A stretch of 64,000 nucleotides of DNA from a bacterium (GTDB taxonomy: Bacteria > Hinthialibacterota > Hinthialibacteria > Hinthialibacterales > Hinthialibacteraceae): positions 105,404 to 169,403 of the forward strand of contig CAXXSM010000092.1 in the NCBI GenBank assembly GCA_963663405.2. Direction: 5' to 3'. Under the pieces are notes generated by a model. It was given only the letters and a program-made list of their open reading frames with translations, was not told the origin of the DNA and did no database searches. This document shows, piece by piece, positions 62,001-64,000 of this stretch (the first letter of the stretch is position 1; each line of letters begins with the position of its first letter). Made by a program: the position numbers and the translations under genes.

Positions 62001-63211
62001 CAATTCCCATTGTCAGAGAATTGAGCGACCTGAATTTCACCGGAGTGACCGGTTAACGTTCGTAGCACGTTACCCGTAATGGTGTTGTACAACACCGCGT
62101 CTTCCCAGAGCGCGGTCAACACCTGCGTCCCATCCGGTGAGAACGCGAGGAAACGGCCATTGTAGGTTTGCAGTGTCGTACCAGACGTGGCTTCTACAAT
62201 CCGGCATGTCGCCGCCCCCGAATTGTTCCCCGCCATAATCCACTTGTTGTTCGGCGAAAATCCGACTAAGTCATAAATACTCGTGCTGCTCTCCCAGCGC
62301 ATCATTTGCGCCGTATACCCGTCCCATAAGAAAGAACCAAGCCCCCCACCAGAGACAATCTGCTTCCCACCCAAACGCTGATCGGGAGGTAGAGTGGCGG
62401 CTTCTTTCGTAAACTTAGCCGCAGCGACCGAACCCAGTCCGAGAATTTTTTCACCGTCAGAGCCAAACAACGGCGTCGTATCCGGTTCGCCTGATTCATA
62501 AAATTTAAAGTTTCGGAAGTGTTTTCCCTGCGTGGCGTTTCCACCTTCGAACTGGATATAGAAACTCGTCACAGCCGCGATCGTGGTCGCGACTTCCGCC
62601 GGGGTCAACGTCGAGTCTTCAAACTGGATCGCCACTTCATTATCCACAAACGTCGTGACGTAAACAATCGTATTCGCGGCGACAGCGGGATCGGGATAGG
62701 ATTCCATCTCGATTTTCACATGCCGCCATGTGTCCAGATCGAAATCCGTCTGATTCAAATTATACGTGCCGACTCGATCGTATAAGGTATTGGCTAAATC
62801 AACTCGTTCCAAGTACCATTTCCCCGCGTCGACACCGGGATTTCCCATTGTTAAACGGTAATGCCGCAACGAAGCGGATGTAAGATCCGCAGGTAAGAAA
62901 TTGATAATTCGCCGCCCTTGATTCCCGTCTCCAGAAATCTTCGTTTCAAATTCCCAGACTCCGCTGAGCGCAGCTGGGGCTTGAATCGCTGGATTCCAAA
63001 TCGCGACACCGGTTCCATTGATAACCGTATTCGCGGCGTAGTACATCTCATCCCCATCCACATGAAACCACGGCGCATTATAAGTATAAGACCAATGCGC
63101 AGAATCCACAGTATAGGGATAATAACGAGTGTAATCGGCTTGGGCAGTCATCACGCTGCCGAGCACCGATGCGAATGCAAATAGTAATATGACCGTCCAC
63201 AGTTTTCTCAC
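59033..63211 (-). CDS. Secreted WD40 repeat protein with cohesin-like and dockerin-like domains, ending TEVDTWGLY
   Basis: Signal peptide; many GH..V....FS.DG..LTGS.D.TA..W repeats; GDVNDDSIPGTLDANYILQ and ADVSGDGVTGAYDAGLLIQY EF-hand-like pair; cohesin-like segments on both sides. Confidence 0.9.
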   Translation of the reverse strand: MRKLWTVILLFAFASVLGSVMTAQADYTRYYPYTVDSAHWSYTYNAPWFHVDGDEMYYAANTVINGTGVAIWNPAIQAPAALSGVWEFETKISGDGNQGRRIINFLPADLTSASLRHYRLTMGNPGVDAGKWYLERVDLANTLYDRVGTYNLNQTDFDLDTWRHVKIEMESYPDPAVAANTIVYVTTFVDNEVAIQFEDSTLTPAEVATTIAAVTSFYIQFEGGNATQGKHFRNFKFYESGEPDTTPLFGSDGEKILGLGSVAAAKFTKEAATLPPDQRLGGKQIVSGGGLGSFLWDGYTAQMMRWESSTSIYDLVGFSPNNKWIMAGNNSGAATCRIVEATSGTTLQTYNGRFLAFSPDGTQVLTALWEDAVLYNTITGNVLRTLTGHSGEIQVAQFSDNGNWILTGSDDATAKLWDAATGNVIRTFAGLDGHTDGVTSIDLYNTGTLASTLVLTGSKDNTAKFWNYSAGTVQTLTGHTDNVNSVSLSNDASRALTGSDDNSAIIWNAAGGVALFTLSGANGHTSAVNSVVFSPTADIALTSSSTDTKTWNVSTGAILYTFSGRYLDTSLDFRELLTVDRQAMNLWTLHTGEISDLIEGHTSAIIKSIYSPDESQVLTITDDGTGKLWTVDTGAQDSAIRANDGVFSPDGTYLFTGGADESGNGIAKMWVVSTGAAAFTIDQDPSGLMGEILSVAISADGERLLTGHSDSKARLWDANDGSYIREYAHAGNVTNVAFTADRSVVITASPGGTTVRLWQYNGTQIGSSIMQRFLALSPDGNYLLTGGVDANAHIAYVYNVSTGALVSTLTGHIDEVTVGVFTPNSGTVITGSDDETLIVWDPASGGLNRQISAHSKTITSVNVSADGTMIVSGSEDNTGKIWDITSGALVRTFSTSNGALNSVAFSNNGETMLSGSADGSGRLYPVASGGNFRLSVVPDFSNYIDRGVASSDKTFTVRMDDLGGVGSFRIVLAATDNRVAINTVAVTNTATIDWALTNFSQYTKASYETAFGNSVPNPIPTGETWTIVTGQRGTNPRLSSGEGALFQFTATFPTGVVTHDVPAEIRIECSTDSLSKTNANLLIKSFVDQNKVIATNITEGDLTHVKTSESLTPEGAYNDRQGILPSPIAWVGYEGSSGLFMWGDVNDDSIPGTLDANYILQNDIFMLTAWPAPWNGAPWSISPPSAPPSADVSGDGVTGAYDAGLLIQYDSFLIEYFPADTDHDGYGPEDQASKSRSRTGAGVVPLVKMIASVEPVGGSQTAWLVKLGVDDASGIQSLRVILNYDSESLVVNDDSCKLLVGDSQSRMVTNNLTAGKYAVVCALSQPLPAGPNNLLSVEVGSAPGQDPSGDALLLEVDPTLTRINDGNIQLTAEEVAAIDLAENTEVDTWGLY

Positions 63212-63694
63212 CGTAACCTTCCTCCTTAATCCGTAAAACTAAATTGCTTGTTTCTCGATCGCCTCAAAAAATAAATAAACAAAACATCCACCTCATACTG
63301 AGGCGCTATTATGCGCTTGGAAGTAAGTCCGCGTTTACGTTTTAACTCCTAAGCGTTCCCGAAAACCCAATCAAATAAAGATCATCAGAAAGTCATCACT
63401 CAACCAATTCAACATACTTCCGAGGTTTTAATTACAAGACACTTTTACCGGTATATCTCCCTTTATCGGCACGTTCTTAATATCCTTTAGCTAAAAATTC
63501 ATTTTTTTTATTTATTTTTCACAATCCTATAACATATTGATTTTTTGGTACTTACAACCCCCTTTCTTTAACAGGTCACAGTAACGCGTCGAAAAAAAAA
63601 TTGCATTTATTTCTCTTTTTTTCTCAAAAAAATCGTTTTTTCTATTTCTGAATTCACTTTTGACAGACTTTTTTGATGTAAATCCAGTGTAAGT

Positions 63695-63787
63695 TTTAAT
63701 TGAAAATGAGTTTCCAAGACTTGCTTGTTTCAGGTTACTCCCACCACTCAATTTCATTTGCAGTTGAGATCTCGATCATGATAGTTA
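63695..63787 (-). repeat. Repeat family A, copy 6
   Basis: TGAAAATGAGTTTCCAAGACTTGCTTGTTTCAGG..ACTCAATTTCATTTGCAGTTGAGATCTCGATCATGATAGTT. Confidence 0.8.
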
Positions 63788-63847
63788 AAATACAAAACTC
63801 TGAATTACAATATATAATAGGATTTACATTGAGGATTTTAATAAGAT

Positions 63848-64000
63848 GGTTCCTCAGAGAAATCAGTGGGTAAACAAGAGGGAATGCTGAAGAAGGAGAG
63901 ATAGAAAAGGACATCCGGTAACGTATCCTAAGAAGATGGAGTCGACGAAGACAAACCATCAATCAGGAGGCCACCGGATGCAAGTAAAAACTATCCTCAA
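63848..64000 (+). mobile_element. Probable left end of an ISL3-family insertion sequence (truncated by the window edge)
   Basis: GGTTCCTCAGAGAAATCAGTGGGT resembles ISL3 GG-starting termini after an AT-rich target; SD AGGAGG then ATG 63978 MQVKTIL, similar to MQLKTILN-type ISL3 transposase starts (from recall). Only 7 codons visible. Confidence 0.5.

Overview
Bacterial chromosomal window of moderate GC content. The two FTLIELLIVVAIIGILAAIAVPNFLNAQ prepilin-like genes, the cohesin/dockerin proteins and the secreted proteins ending in W-x-x-Y suggest a candidate-phylum organism such as Ca. Hinthialibacterota/Sumerlaeota; this is recall-based inference. Housekeeping genes are purL, cysS, dnaG, ispE, ispD, rpsT, rpsR, ssb and rpsF, the last with a probable S6:S18 leader RNA. 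These are interspersed with sugar oxidoreductases, glycosyltransferases, a MoxR-like AAA/vWA-peptidase pair, a PIN-PhoH gene, a Ddl-like ATP-grasp/pseudo-M20 + GGT + N-formylglutamate amidohydrolase operon, and many secreted modular proteins. The strongest unexplained signal is a 9-residue C-terminal motif, [ST]-x-[VA]-x-x-W-x-x-[YH]-stop, shared by four unrelated signal-peptide proteins (plus one variant). Two of them sit next to prepilin-like genes, which suggests a candidate protein sorting/secretion system. The window also holds three families of dispersed palindromic intergenic repeats (one with six copies and a compensatory base change), a hypervariable 63-bp LRR array, and the probable left end of an ISL3 element at the right edge. 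Many genes beyond about 26 kb are split by single-base indels, most likely assembly errors. No rRNA, tRNA or CRISPR array was seen.
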